A program made the position numbers and the translations under genes. A DNA stretch of 64,000 bases, taken from contig JAYGDX010000073.1 of assembly GCA_046582655.1 (NCBI GenBank), positions 1 through 64,000 on the forward strand, written 5' to 3'. Positions within the stretch are counted from its first letter, which is position 1. Each line of letters opens with the position of its first letter. Below, piece by piece: positions 39,170 to 50,237 of the stretch. The notes under the pieces are model-generated. The model did not search any database. It saw nothing but the letters and a program-made list of their open reading frames with translations, and was not told the DNA's origin. The DNA comes from Candidatus Poribacteria bacterium (GTDB lineage: Bacteria; Poribacteria; WGA-4E; UBA9662).

Positions 39170-40072
39170 ATGGGCCAAGATCTACAAGCTGAGCTGAAAG
39201 CATTTGAGCCTCAGCACGATTTTTTTGTCGGCATCGATTCCGATGGCTGTGCTTTCAATTCCATGGAAGTCAAGCACAATGACAGCTTCAGTGTCAATTT
39301 GATTAAATACTTCGGACTAGCGGCTATTTCTCGACAGGTTCATCAGGTTTGGGATTTTGTCAATTTGTACTCTAAAACACGTGGTATTAATCGTTTCAAA
39401 GCTATTATTCTAGCCTTTGATTTCTTGAGTCAGATGCCGAAAGTCAAACGGGCTGGGGTGCAGATTCCCGACTTACCTTATTTGCGGGAATGGACAGAGA
39501 CTGAAACTAAACTTGGTAATCCTGCTCTTGATCAAATCATTAAGAATGCAACTGGTGCGCGGTTGGAAGAATTGAGCAAGATCATGGAGTGGAGTCTTGA
39601 TGTTAATAAGACTATCTCCGAAATTGTCTACAACCTACCCCCTTTTCCTTATGTTTGCCAAAGTCTCCAGAAATTGGAGGGGCAAGCTGACATGATTGTC
39701 GTATCAGCAACACCCTATGAAGCTCTCAAACGGGAATGGGATGAACACAACATAAGCCAGTATGTCGCTTTAATCGCAGGTCAGGAGATGGGATCAAAAG
39801 CCGAACATCTGGCTATTTCGGCCAAGGGAAAATACGCTGTCGATCAGATTATCATGATTGGGGATTCGCCCGGCGACCTGAAAGCGGCTCAAAGTATCAA
39901 TGCTCTTTTCTTCCCTGTCAACCCAGGATATGAAGAGGAATCATGGCAGCAATTCCTTGATCAGGGAATTGATAAGTTTCTCGGTAGCACATATAAAGGA
40001 GCGTATCAGGATCAGTTAATTACTAGATTCGATGCTCTTCTGCCAGAAGATCCACCTTGGTGTCTAGGCTGA
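39170..40072 (+). CDS. HAD-superfamily hydrolase
   Basis: DSDGC (motif I), VVSAT (motif II) and MIGDSPGD (motif IV). ATG at 39170 follows AGGAGG. Confidence 0.88.
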   Translation: MGQDLQAELKAFEPQHDFFVGIDSDGCAFNSMEVKHNDSFSVNLIKYFGLAAISRQVHQVWDFVNLYSKTRGINRFKAIILAFDFLSQMPKVKRAGVQIPDLPYLREWTETETKLGNPALDQIIKNATGARLEELSKIMEWSLDVNKTISEIVYNLPPFPYVCQSLQKLEGQADMIVVSATPYEALKREWDEHNISQYVALIAGQEMGSKAEHLAISAKGKYAVDQIIMIGDSPGDLKAAQSINALFFPVNPGYEEESWQQFLDQGIDKFLGSTYKGAYQDQLITRFDALLPEDPPWCLG

Positions 40073-40168
40073 GAATTGCATCCTAATTCTGGGTGGATTA
40101 CAAGATCATGGCTAATTCCAGTTTGGAATAAAGTTTCCAACTACTTGTTCTGATATATAGCAAGCGGA

Positions 40169-41914
40169 CTAATTCTTGGCTTTGCGCAGATGGTGGATAA
40201 TCCGATGTGCACTCATCCACCAGGTTGCGGGCTGAATAAAATTGTTTCTTGCCGTTGGCCATCCTACCCAGTAAGTGGTATCAAAAGGCACGAGTTGAAC
40301 AGCTTGCGTCAGTGGGATAGTGACCTGTTCAGACATATAGATCTCCATTGCTTCAGCAAACAGTGGATCAATAGTAGGATCACCTAGAGGAAGAATGCCG
40401 ATTTGACTGACGATTTGACTGTATGTCTCGGCCTTTGGTCCAGTCCAACGGACAAAGTTATTGAGGCTGGGCACACGCTCATCAATTGTTCGATAAAATT
40501 GGGTTGTATAACGGTTCATGGTGATCCACGGTTCATTGACTGACCCGCAAGCATCCCAGTCTATAACGGCTTCGAAATTACCAAAGGCCTTATTGTCATT
40601 CCAAGTTGAACCAGCAATGGCACGCGTCGTAGCATGAACACCTGCTATTCGTAACTGCTCAACAATCACATCCGCAACTCGACGTAGCTCAATACCTGCT
40701 TCATGAGTTTGGATATTGATCGAGAGTAATTTGCCGTTCTTCTGGTAAAATCCATCAGCATTGATCCGCCAACCGTTTGTTTCAATTAACATCTGTCCGG
40801 ACTTCACGTCTGCAGTTGAATCTATCCAGAGGTTCTTGATTACGCTAATGTAGGGCTCCATCCCAGCATATTCAACAAAGATAGTCTTAGACGGAATCGA
40901 TGTTCCTTCATAAGCAATTTCAACAATCTGCTGGCGATCGATAATTAGACTAAGTGCCTTCCGCATGTCAGGGCTATTCCAAGGTTCAATTGTATGGTTC
41001 AAAGACATTTGGCGTGGACAGGGATCTAGCCAGACAAAGGGCATACGGTTTTTCCAAGCAATAACATTTCGGTTAATCGCTTGAATTGCTTCGAAAGCAC
41101 CAAGTGTGATTCCTCCAACACTATCAAGTTGGCTATCAGCAACCAGCAGTGACCTGTTTTCTTCCACTCCAGTTACGATCCAAATTAATCGTTTGGGAAC
41201 GGGTAGATCCTGAAAATCTGCTTTAGCTCCCCACCAATCATCACGCCGATCATATACGAACTCATTCTCGTTGGCACTAACCAGTTGATATGGGCCTGTA
41301 CCAAAAGGCCAACCTTTCGATGGATCATAGAAATCAAAAGTGAAAGGATCTTTATCCTTCCAGATATGTTCTGGAAGAATCACAACGTTCCCCCAAACCC
41401 GTACCGAGAAGTAATCCAGTTGAAACCGAGGGTTAGGTGATTTCAAATCAAACTGAACGGTTGAATCATCAATCTTTTTGATGTCTGCTATCCATTGTTG
41501 CATATTCGCTGCTTCTGCCAGGGTTTTTGTTCCATCTTTTAATAAGGTATCGATGGTGAATATAATATCATCGGCATCAAATACTTCACCATCAGCCCAC
41601 GTTACATCTTTGCGGATTTTAAGTGTCCAGATATCCATATTGTCGTTCGAGGTGAAACTCCTGCCCAGAAAAGGTTCAATTTGAGTCGTTTCGTAATTTA
41701 GTATAAAGAGCGGTTCCCAAACGGTTTGGTGCATACCTTGGCTTCGAGATGTACCAGGAACCATCCAGTTAAAATTGCGAGGATTAGCCATTTTTCCGTA
41801 AGCATCAAAAATAACTGTATCTTCTCTAGGAACATTTTTTAGGGCAACTACATGGTTGCTAAAAGCTACGGTAAACAGAATGAAAGCTAAAATAAATACA
41901 AAATTGTCCTTCAT
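40169..41914 (-). CDS. ABC transporter substrate-binding protein, family 5 (OppA/DppA fold, probably oligosaccharide-binding)
   Basis: Signal peptide; WEPLF, WADGEVFDADD, LPEHIW and GTGPY motifs. Start is 41914 or 41926. Confidence 0.88.
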   Translation of the reverse strand: MKDNFVFILAFILFTVAFSNHVVALKNVPREDTVIFDAYGKMANPRNFNWMVPGTSRSQGMHQTVWEPLFILNYETTQIEPFLGRSFTSNDNMDIWTLKIRKDVTWADGEVFDADDIIFTIDTLLKDGTKTLAEAANMQQWIADIKKIDDSTVQFDLKSPNPRFQLDYFSVRVWGNVVILPEHIWKDKDPFTFDFYDPSKGWPFGTGPYQLVSANENEFVYDRRDDWWGAKADFQDLPVPKRLIWIVTGVEENRSLLVADSQLDSVGGITLGAFEAIQAINRNVIAWKNRMPFVWLDPCPRQMSLNHTIEPWNSPDMRKALSLIIDRQQIVEIAYEGTSIPSKTIFVEYAGMEPYISVIKNLWIDSTADVKSGQMLIETNGWRINADGFYQKNGKLLSINIQTHEAGIELRRVADVIVEQLRIAGVHATTRAIAGSTWNDNKAFGNFEAVIDWDACGSVNEPWITMNRYTTQFYRTIDERVPSLNNFVRWTGPKAETYSQIVSQIGILPLGDPTIDPLFAEAMEIYMSEQVTIPLTQAVQLVPFDTTYWVGWPTARNNFIQPATWWMSAHRIIHHLRKAKN

Positions 41915-42266
41915 AAAAAAATCCAACTTTCAGAATAGGGTAAGATTAGTCCAGTATAATTTATTATGTTTCCTTGTCTTAATGCAAGAAAACATGTTGG
42001 GAACTGATATGCTTATTTCAGTTGAGTTAATAGTAAGTTTGATGTGTGTATATTATTTCAGACAGGTTAGTTTTCATAGATATTGAGAGGGTGAACCCCA
42101 TTTTCGGTCAATGAAAACATGGACCTGCTGGATAAAACAGCAATGTCGATAGTTAGGTGATTATATTCAAAATAATTAATACCTTTAGCGAAACATCTGC
42201 AATAGGTAGCTCGTTATGTATACAAGATATGAAATTTGATCTGATAATTACATTGGTGTTGAGTTT

Positions 42267-42485
42267 ATGTGGCTTACATTAGAAGACGCGGCAGAAAAAT
42301 TAGGCGTTAGTATTGATACTGTCCATGAAGTTCTTGGAACATCAATAATACAAATACTGGAATCTCAAGTTGATGAGCTGAGGAACGAGTTAGAGCAGCT
42401 ACAAAACACATTGCAGCAGAAAGAAACAATGCTATTGTATTTACGTGAACAACCCTTTGAACTTTGGACTGACAGACGTACATAA
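42267..42485 (+). CDS. Small HTH plus coiled-coil protein
   Basis: LTLEDAAEKLGVSIDTV (excisionase/MerR-like HTH start) followed by a heptad-rich segment. Confidence 0.5.
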   Translation: MWLTLEDAAEKLGVSIDTVHEVLGTSIIQILESQVDELRNELEQLQNTLQQKETMLLYLREQPFELWTDRRT

Positions 42486-42966
42486 AAACACTCGATTCGC
42501 CATATTATTCTTGCCATGATATTCCCCGTTTGATGAGAAGAAACAGCTTGCTGGCCTCTCTGTAGTACGATATTCTGAAATTCTGTCTTTAAACCGACTT
42601 AGTTTTTAAAGCAGTTTATCTAGAATGGGCCTGCTAATCTTTGCCCAGCCTTCCGCTAATTTCGAATTAAATGCACTCATTCTGAATACTCGTTAGCTGC
42701 AACCTAATTGTATATTGAGGTTGTAAATGATATTTGAAATACTGGATATGAACTGTTCAAAGGAAAAAACATTCAGTATCTAGCCCGCATGTTCAGAGAA
42801 ATAGGAAGTTCTGCCTATATTCTGCTATTTTACATGTTTGATTTTATCTTATTTTTACTTAAATATGTGGATCATGATTAAATGAAACTTGATTCTTTTG
42901 TCATAATAACAGGGAGTTTTTGTGGATTTGAGGTGGAACTGAGACAAAGGGGGTTGGTGGCGAGAA

Positions 42967-43155
42967 CTGAAACATGGAAGGCCTAGCCCCGTACTCTTAG
43001 AGATTCCAGGAGATGTCGCGCTGGAGGGATTCCTAGACGATGCTTTCGATTATACTCCAGTGAAGGTCCGCAAGTCCAGCGTAGACGCTAGTGGTGTCTG
43101 AGAGTTGGTGACATCTCTGCTTGAGACTTCATGTCTTGTCATTAGTTCGGTGCGG
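42967..43155 (+). pseudogene. Internal fragment of a thiamine-pyrophosphate-dependent (acetolactate synthase-like) enzyme
   Basis: Translates as LKHGRPSPVLLEIPGDVALEGFLDDAFDYTPVK…V*ELVTSLL. This matches the GRPGPV..EIP.DV motif; there is no start and there is an internal stop. Confidence 0.7.
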
Positions 43156-43457
43156 ATCTCATCTTCCATTTAGTGTACCATCAATTAATAAGGAGGACGG
43201 TCGATGGCGCTACAGATGATAACCAAGACGGAGGAAAATGCCTCATGCTACCTGTTGTGAGGATTTGCAGGTATACTGATCCATGTTAGTATAATATAAT
43301 TATAGTTTTCTGATAAGGGTGGTTTATTTATGCCGAAAATTCCCGTAGGAAAGTTAACAAAAATTTATCGGCTAATATCTTCTGCGTTTCAGTTCTATGG
43401 TCAGAACTTGCGTCTATTAATTTTTATTTGATTCATTGTTGATCTAGGAAGGACACT

Positions 43458-44927
43458 GTGTCTAAAATCGTCGTTGCCAATTGTTTTCAGGAAACCAACT
43501 CATTTCATCCTAATTCTACCACCTATGAGCATTTTAACGTCCATTTTGGTCAAGATTTATTCGAGGCTGATCGTCAGGATATTAGTGGCGCCTTAAATGT
43601 CTTTTCTCGACAAACTAATATAGAACTTGTACCTACCTATGGAGCGGGTATGGGGGCAGGTGGGACCATTACCCAAGCGTGCTTCGATCAAATTGCCGAA
43701 GAATGTCTTGAAGCTATAGAAAAACACAGTACCAATGCCGAAGCACTTTATTTTTCCATGCATGGGGCAATGGCAGCAGAAGAGGAAAAGGATCCAGAAG
43801 GCTACCTCCTTGAGGAAACCCGAAAGATTCTGGGACCTAATGTGCCCATCGTGATTTCATTAGACATGCATGGCACCGTTACTCGTCGCATGTTACAAAA
43901 CATCAACGGAGCTGCCATTCTACACACTTATCCTCATATCGATTGGTATCAGTTAGGAAAGCGCGCAGCTAGTATGTTGCTGCGTATTCTGGAGGGGGTG
44001 AAGCCTATTATAGCTAGCGTTTACACGCCGACCATGGTGCGTGGTGACGAACTGAAGACAGCCACCGGCGTCCACGGTACGCTCATACGACACTGCGAAC
44101 ACCTCGAAGAAAGGAACGACGTATTGGCTGCAGGTATTATGCTTGGCCATCCGCCTACCGATGTACCGGAACAGGGTTCCAGAATTGTTATTGTCACCGA
44201 TGATAATAGAGAATTGGCTGAACAGGAGGCCTTGAAACTAGGAACCGATTTTTGGGCCCTACGGGCACGTATGCAGTGCGTATTGTACAGGGTGGAAGAT
44301 GCAATTAAAATAGCAAAAAAATCGGATGGGCCTGTTATCTTCTCCGATGCTGCTGATGCCACCAGTTCTGGAGCACCAGGTACCAGTAACGCTATTCTTA
44401 AAGGACTTTTGCAGAGTGATTATGCTGGACGGGTACTTTTCCCAATTCGGGATGAGCCTGCTGTTGAGAAAGCGATGGAAGCAGGAATAGGCAGAACCAT
44501 TACTGTCCCGCTTGGTGGGACCAAAGATCCTCGCTTTATTCCGCTAGAAGTAGAGGTCACGGTGGAAATGCTATCGACTGGCAAGTATTTCTCTCAAGGA
44601 AATGGTATGGGAAATGCTGGTCCTCTAGCTATACTAAGAACCAATAATATCACCATCGTTGTCTCAACTCAACCTAGTGTTTTGTGCGATTACTCAATGT
44701 ATCTCGGTCTGGGACAAGATCCGAAAAAATTCGATATAATTATCGTTAAATTGCCTCATACTCCGCATCATCTTTATGATGCTTGGGCTGTAAGGAACAT
44801 GACTATCGATGTTCCAGGTGCTGCCAGTCCCAACATCAAGACATTGGGACACAAAATTGTCCCGCGCCCCATTTATCCGTTGGATGAAGATATGTCCTTT
44901 ATACCTAGCGTAGAGGTGTTTTCATAG
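43458..44927 (+). CDS. M81 family metallopeptidase (MlrC-like)
   Basis: QETNSF, MHGAM, DPEG, SLDMHG, YPHID and SDAADA motifs. Confidence 0.9.
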   Translation: MSKIVVANCFQETNSFHPNSTTYEHFNVHFGQDLFEADRQDISGALNVFSRQTNIELVPTYGAGMGAGGTITQACFDQIAEECLEAIEKHSTNAEALYFSMHGAMAAEEEKDPEGYLLEETRKILGPNVPIVISLDMHGTVTRRMLQNINGAAILHTYPHIDWYQLGKRAASMLLRILEGVKPIIASVYTPTMVRGDELKTATGVHGTLIRHCEHLEERNDVLAAGIMLGHPPTDVPEQGSRIVIVTDDNRELAEQEALKLGTDFWALRARMQCVLYRVEDAIKIAKKSDGPVIFSDAADATSSGAPGTSNAILKGLLQSDYAGRVLFPIRDEPAVEKAMEAGIGRTITVPLGGTKDPRFIPLEVEVTVEMLSTGKYFSQGNGMGNAGPLAILRTNNITIVVSTQPSVLCDYSMYLGLGQDPKKFDIIIVKLPHTPHHLYDAWAVRNMTIDVPGAASPNIKTLGHKIVPRPIYPLDEDMSFIPSVEVFS

Positions 44928-45156
44928 ATACTATTCTATTGTACTCGCTTCGCTGAAAGTGTGTGATGGAGATTTTCAGATTGACTGGAACGGTTGACCC
45001 TAATTCTACTATACTTTTTTGGAATTATGGTTTTATTTGGGTTGGAGGTCACTTGGACTTAATGAGGAGTGGTTATAATGTCTCGGATTAATATAATTTT
45101 TTCCTCGACGCTTCATTTCTATAATCTTTAATAATGCTATATTTCATTTGAGGGGG

Positions 45157-45897
45157 ATGGTAATGAGTAGTAAAGAAGAACTCTTCGCTCATCTTGACAA
45201 ACACGGTTACGTTGTACTGAAGGGGGTTTTGACAGTGAATCAGGTTGGCGCACTGAGGGAAAGGTCAATCGAGCTGATAAAAAAAGAGCGGGAGTTAGGA
45301 GCACAATTATACTTAGATAACAGATCGCAGCGCGTATGGAATTTAGTGAACAAAGGCAAAATCTTTGCGGACATGATACAGCATCCGTCGGTATTGGAGT
45401 TTCAAGAATATTTGTTGGGAAATAATTGTACTTTAAGCAGTTTTACAGTCAATCTGATAGGACCGGGGTCTCCCGTTTCCGGGCTACACATTGATTATCC
45501 ATTGAGTAATCTTCCAACACCACACCCATCCTTTGCTCTTTGTGCCAACAGCGTTTATCTGCTTGATGATTTCAGTTTGGAAAACGGCGCTACACGGCTT
45601 ATTCCTGGAAGTCACAAGCGTGGCTATGGTCCTTCACCCGGTGAGATGTATGATGATGTTATTCAAGTCACTGGTAAGAAAGGAGACATTATTATTGTTC
45701 ATGGACATATATGGCACAGTAGTGGCGAAAATCACACTGATCGGGATCGCGTTGCTTTACTAGGTTTCTTCTGCCGTTCTTTTATGAAGCCACAGCAAGA
45801 TCATCTGAAGCTAATTGCAACAGATATTATTGAAGAGGCCTCCCCCACTTTAAAGCGGTTGCTCGGCATGGATTCACAGCCAAACCTAAATGATTAA
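45157..45897 (+). CDS. PhyH-family Fe(II)/2OG dioxygenase (canonical HxD…H)
   Basis: LHIDYP, ENGATRLIPGSHK, IWHSSG and DR motifs. Start is ATG 45157 or 45163. Confidence 0.9.
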   Translation: MVMSSKEELFAHLDKHGYVVLKGVLTVNQVGALRERSIELIKKERELGAQLYLDNRSQRVWNLVNKGKIFADMIQHPSVLEFQEYLLGNNCTLSSFTVNLIGPGSPVSGLHIDYPLSNLPTPHPSFALCANSVYLLDDFSLENGATRLIPGSHKRGYGPSPGEMYDDVIQVTGKKGDIIIVHGHIWHSSGENHTDRDRVALLGFFCRSFMKPQQDHLKLIATDIIEEASPTLKRLLGMDSQPNLND

Positions 45898-46015
45898 ACT
45901 CAAGTAGGTTGTGGTGAGAGTCGTATGATAAATTGAGGTTACTTAACTCCTTCTCCCTTCCTGATTCCTAATCAAACATGAATATAGGTAAAGGTTGATA
46001 ACAAACTGCCATCTT

Positions 46016-46900
46016 TCAGTTTGTTCGGTGCATGACAACGCCTTTAGGGTTTTCGAGGGCATCCATCCATAGTCGACACCACTCAGTGTGGTCTGTTAGT
46101 ACATTGTCGGAATTGCTTGAACTGCGAACAACAAACGCCGGATGTCCAGTACGGCCAGTGTGCTGACCGGTCGGTTGGTATCGTAGATCAATTGACCAAC
46201 GGCATGACTCTGAAAGGTTGAGATTTCCACGGTGGGGCGTGAATCTATGCATTAGAATTACGTCACCTTTGTAACAGACCATTGGAAGTGGTTCAACATC
46301 TGGCACGAGGTCAGGAATGATATGCGTTCCGCCCTCTGGACAATGGTCAAGATACCCTTTGCTGATGATTCCAGGTAGAATTTCCATACATCCCATTTCA
46401 AGTGTCGCATCACCCAGTGGTAGCCAACAAGTGGTTATTTTGGACTTTTCAGCTTCTGGCATCATTACTGCCGCATCCTGATGTAAAGGAGCTATGTGAG
46501 AAGAAGATTCAGCATCCTGATAATATTTGATTGGTGGTGTAGGACGAAGATGTTGTATGGGATTGCAGGTGATTTCAGAACCAACCAGGGATTCTACGAC
46601 GTCAAGTAGGTTTTTGTTGTGGAGAAATTCAAAGATTGCTGGGCCGCGGTAATGCATGATATCTAATCCGTGGGCGATCTCTGAAGATTGCTCGAAAATT
46701 AGCCCAAAGCACTTCTCAAACGGTTCATTTTCGTATAACTTCCGGATTTTCCCTGCCACCTTCAATTCGTGTGCCCGACGATAAATGAAAGCTGATATCT
46801 CGTCAATTATTGGTTGCAGGTCTTCATCAGTCAAGGCATTCTTTACAATCAGCACCCCTTGTGTATTGAACGTATCGATCTGTTTTTTTGTCAACTTCAT
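46016..46900 (-). CDS. PhyH-family Fe(II)/2OG dioxygenase (canonical HxD…H)
   Basis: LHQDA, WLPLGDAT..MGC, TPHRG and RWSIDLRY motifs. Confidence 0.9.
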   Translation of the reverse strand: MKLTKKQIDTFNTQGVLIVKNALTDEDLQPIIDEISAFIYRRAHELKVAGKIRKLYENEPFEKCFGLIFEQSSEIAHGLDIMHYRGPAIFEFLHNKNLLDVVESLVGSEITCNPIQHLRPTPPIKYYQDAESSSHIAPLHQDAAVMMPEAEKSKITTCWLPLGDATLEMGCMEILPGIISKGYLDHCPEGGTHIIPDLVPDVEPLPMVCYKGDVILMHRFTPHRGNLNLSESCRWSIDLRYQPTGQHTGRTGHPAFVVRSSSNSDNVLTDHTEWCRLWMDALENPKGVVMHRTN

Positions 46901-47069
46901 GCCTGTTACCTCCAGTCAGGATTTGCATTTTCCTCTTTTATTCTAGCATATCCTATAGTTGACTCGATAGACTTATAATCCAAAATCAATAATTGAAAAA
47001 ACAGTGATGATTTGATAACCTTGACCAGATGATTTAAAACCCGTGAGTTGTGTGAGATAGGATAGAATC

Positions 47070-47825
47070 ATGGTTTCGCTTAAGTTTAAAGCACGAATTC
47101 CTGTTTTTGATGCGAATATTCGCGTTGGCGATTTGCACAACGAGTTATCCCCCTGCAGAAATCGGAATCAACTGTTGACCGAAATGGATCTACATGGGGT
47201 TCAGCAAGCATTGGTTTACCATGTTCAGGCTGAAACCATTAGCCCTGTTGATGGTAATCGTTACCTAGAATCATGGCTTGATAATGACGGACGTACGTAT
47301 CCACAGTGGTTGGTTATGCCCTCATCTGATTCCATCTCCCAGATTCAGACACTTTACGCCAAAGGTAAAGTTCAATCTGTTCGTTTGTATGATACTCAAT
47401 CAGTAGGTTTGCCTCTGCGACCTTGGGCTTATGACGGACTCCTTTCTTGGCTTAGTGAAGTTCGTGTTCCGACCTTCATTTCTCTGCCGGATGCTAATTC
47501 TGATGAACTGGTAACAACGCTATCGGCCTATCCAGAATTAGTAGCGGTTTTAGTCGGAGCGCATTATCAACATGCTCTCTGGATACGACCGATTTTAACG
47601 GCTTTGCCTAATGCCTATCTGGAGTTGAGTCGTTACGAACCAATCGGTGAGATAGAAGCGTTGCGCGATGAGTTTGGGGCTAATCGGTTGATCTATGGTT
47701 CTTGGTATCCGCGTTATGCTATGGGACCGATGTTGTTTTACCTACACCATACCACCTTGACAGAGGCCGAATTGGCATTGGTTTGTGCTGGTAATCTAAC
47801 CCGAATTTTAGAGGAGGTGTTATGA
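47070..47825 (+). CDS. Amidohydrolase_2-fold protein with degenerate metal ligands
   Basis: Same architecture as the downstream gene (GANRLIYGS..P…GNL.R.L), but FDANIRVG replaces IDFHGHVG. Confidence 0.75.
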   Translation: MVSLKFKARIPVFDANIRVGDLHNELSPCRNRNQLLTEMDLHGVQQALVYHVQAETISPVDGNRYLESWLDNDGRTYPQWLVMPSSDSISQIQTLYAKGKVQSVRLYDTQSVGLPLRPWAYDGLLSWLSEVRVPTFISLPDANSDELVTTLSAYPELVAVLVGAHYQHALWIRPILTALPNAYLELSRYEPIGEIEALRDEFGANRLIYGSWYPRYAMGPMLFYLHHTTLTEAELALVCAGNLTRILEEVL

Positions 47826-48574
47826 TGATTGAAAGTAGTCGAGTCATTGACTTTCACGGCCACGTTGGTCGCTGGGATATATATGGGATGATAGACAATC
47901 CAGATCTGATGCTGCAAGCCATGGACGCGGTGGGAATTGACAATGCCTGTCTATTTCATATTTTCCATCCTGATGGAGTTTCCAGTAATGATTTGACAGC
48001 ACGCTTTGTCGCACAACATCCAGATCGTTTTGTTGGTTTTGCATATGTTTCACCCCTTATGTCTTCTGGTTGTATAGACGAACTAGCGCGAGCAATTGAC
48101 GAATTGCAATTTTCTGCTATTAAGCTCTATCCACCCTACACTCCTTGGCCGCTGAATAAACCGCAGTGGAATCCTATCTACGAATTCGCTGACGAGCGAG
48201 GATTGACCATCATTTTTCATACTGATAGTGGTCCTCAAAGTCAGCCCAAGTTTATAGCCGATATCGCACCTCGCTATCCAAACGCCAATTTTGTGGCAGG
48301 TCATTCGGGTAACATTGCCGAGCCACGGGGGCAAGCCATCGCAGCCGCGCGAGCCTATCCAAACGTATATTTGGAAACTTGTTCAACCTTTCGCACCCCT
48401 GGAGTGATTGAAGAATTGGTGAATGAAGCGGGTGCAGATCGTGTATTGTTCGGTTCGGATATGCCTTTGATGGATCCACGTTCCCAGATTGGTAAGATTA
48501 TCACTGCCCGTATTTCTGATGAAGCCAAGCAGAAAATTTTGGGCGGAAATGCCAGCCGTTTGTTAGGAATCTAA
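47822..48574 (+). CDS. Amidohydrolase_2 family metal-dependent hydrolase
   Basis: IDFHGH, IFHT, AGHSG, VLFGSDMP and KILGGNA motifs; ATGA overlap. Confidence 0.9.
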   Translation: MMIESSRVIDFHGHVGRWDIYGMIDNPDLMLQAMDAVGIDNACLFHIFHPDGVSSNDLTARFVAQHPDRFVGFAYVSPLMSSGCIDELARAIDELQFSAIKLYPPYTPWPLNKPQWNPIYEFADERGLTIIFHTDSGPQSQPKFIADIAPRYPNANFVAGHSGNIAEPRGQAIAAARAYPNVYLETCSTFRTPGVIEELVNEAGADRVLFGSDMPLMDPRSQIGKIITARISDEAKQKILGGNASRLLGI

Positions 48575-48691
48575 ATTTCCTTAGTTTGTTTGGTTTTGTA
48601 CGCATTCTAATTTATATCGTAGAAAAGAATTTATATTTAGCATGCCAGATTGGGCTTAAGGATCAAAGAGGTGATTGTAACGAGTACTCAC

Positions 48692-49378
48692 TTACACTTG
48701 GAACTTGAGTTGACTCGCCTTATCGTTTTGGATATTGGCACAATGCTCCTCAAAATTCAGCATCTCTATAAGGCTAACACCATTGGCCATTGCTTCCAGC
48801 AGACGATCTTCATTTCTCTGGATGTCTTCTGCCACTGGTATAAGAGCATCCAACTCCTCGATGGTTGCAACGACGATACCATCATCGTCACCGAACAGAA
48901 TATCCCCGGGATTTACGATGATGCTGCCACATATGACCGGAATCTGGGTTTCAAAAAGCTGGTTTGTCGTGCCAGGCACACAACTTACTGACCGAGCGTA
49001 ATAAGGAATTTCCATAGTTCGAACAGCTGCGGTGTCTCGACAGGGGCCATCGTTGATGATACCTGCTAGTCCCTTGCGTGCGGCTTCGGTTGGAAACAAC
49101 TCACCAGTGAGTGCTTTGTGACTGTTCTGTGAGTCGATGACAATTACTTCCCCTGGCATGGCATCGCGTAAGGCCTTAACCACGGTCAAAAAGTCATCAT
49201 AACAAGTGACCGTGTGTGCGTAACCTACAAGCTTCAGCCCTATGCAGATCGGTCGTATTCCAGAGTCCATAACGCGCAGATTTAAGTTTAGTACTTTATC
49301 CGCATCGCAAATGCATGCTGTATCGAGTTTCAACAAGCGCTGCTTAATATCATCAAAATTTATCATGTCCTTCTCCAA
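48692..49378 (-). CDS. RraA / HMG-aldolase family protein
   Basis: DTACICDA, ALTGEL, DGPCRD and PGDILFGDDDGIVV motifs. Confidence 0.9.
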   Translation of the reverse strand: MEKDMINFDDIKQRLLKLDTACICDADKVLNLNLRVMDSGIRPICIGLKLVGYAHTVTCYDDFLTVVKALRDAMPGEVIVIDSQNSHKALTGELFPTEAARKGLAGIINDGPCRDTAAVRTMEIPYYARSVSCVPGTTNQLFETQIPVICGSIIVNPGDILFGDDDGIVVATIEELDALIPVAEDIQRNEDRLLEAMANGVSLIEMLNFEEHCANIQNDKASQLKFQV

Positions 49379-50237
49379 TTGCAGATTTCAGAATAAGAGT
49401 TCGGATTTCGTCAATTTCATGTTTGCAGACGTCCTTCATCCTGAAATCTCTTTATTGTATGTATATGCAAGAGCCACCATTTGGTCGTCGTTAGTAAAAT
49501 CGGATTTTCGCTTTGGGTTAGATTTCTACAAATGTGCGTGATTGAACAAAATCACTGGCGATTGTTACAGATATCACTGTTTCATTTGTTGCGTTTCTTC
49601 AATAGCAAGGGGTTAGATGAACGTAAAAGGAGGATAATTGTCTTCAATATTTCACCTACGATAACACGACCAGCCGAAGGGATCAATGGATATATAATAT
49701 TCGTCATTAACCTCAATGTACAATTGCTATTTTGTTTGTTCTAATATGTTTCTTCTGATAAGATGATGAACCTGAAATGAGGAAGTTTCCACGATTAACA
49801 ATGATTTATCTTCCAGATCTTTGTAGGCCAATAATCCAAGTTTGGCTAAAGCCAGACGTCCAATTACAGGAAACTTGTATTAGTAGCCAATCGGTCCAGT
49901 CCTATTGGGACTTTTCCTGTCTGTTTTCTGTGAGACCTCGCCCAATTTGCGTTGGATTCAATCTCATGGTGCTGGTATGAACAATTTCCTGTTCCCTGGA
50001 ATCATTGACCAAGATTTTACGGTGACCAATATGGCAGGCCGTCAGCCAGGAAGCTAGGTACGTCTGAGCATTATTGCTTTCTTTCGTTCGTACACTTTCG
50101 ACATCGTGTCAATGGCCGGAAATTTTGGCAAATGCTTGCTGTCGAACTGACGTGAGGAACGTTTGGAATCGTCGGTCTAGGTATACTGATCTAGCTTGTG
50201 CAACCTAATTTTCTTCTAGTTACGACTAAGGAAGGTT

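Noticed and set aside
43458..44927. Microcystin degradation (mlr) cluster
   Set aside because: Only an M81-family peptidase is present, with no adjacent mlrA, mlrB or mlrD; the family is widespread.
49481..49980. Short plus-strand ORFs (87 and 67 aa)
   Set aside because: No motifs or convincing RBS; likely spacer or an unrecognisable remnant.
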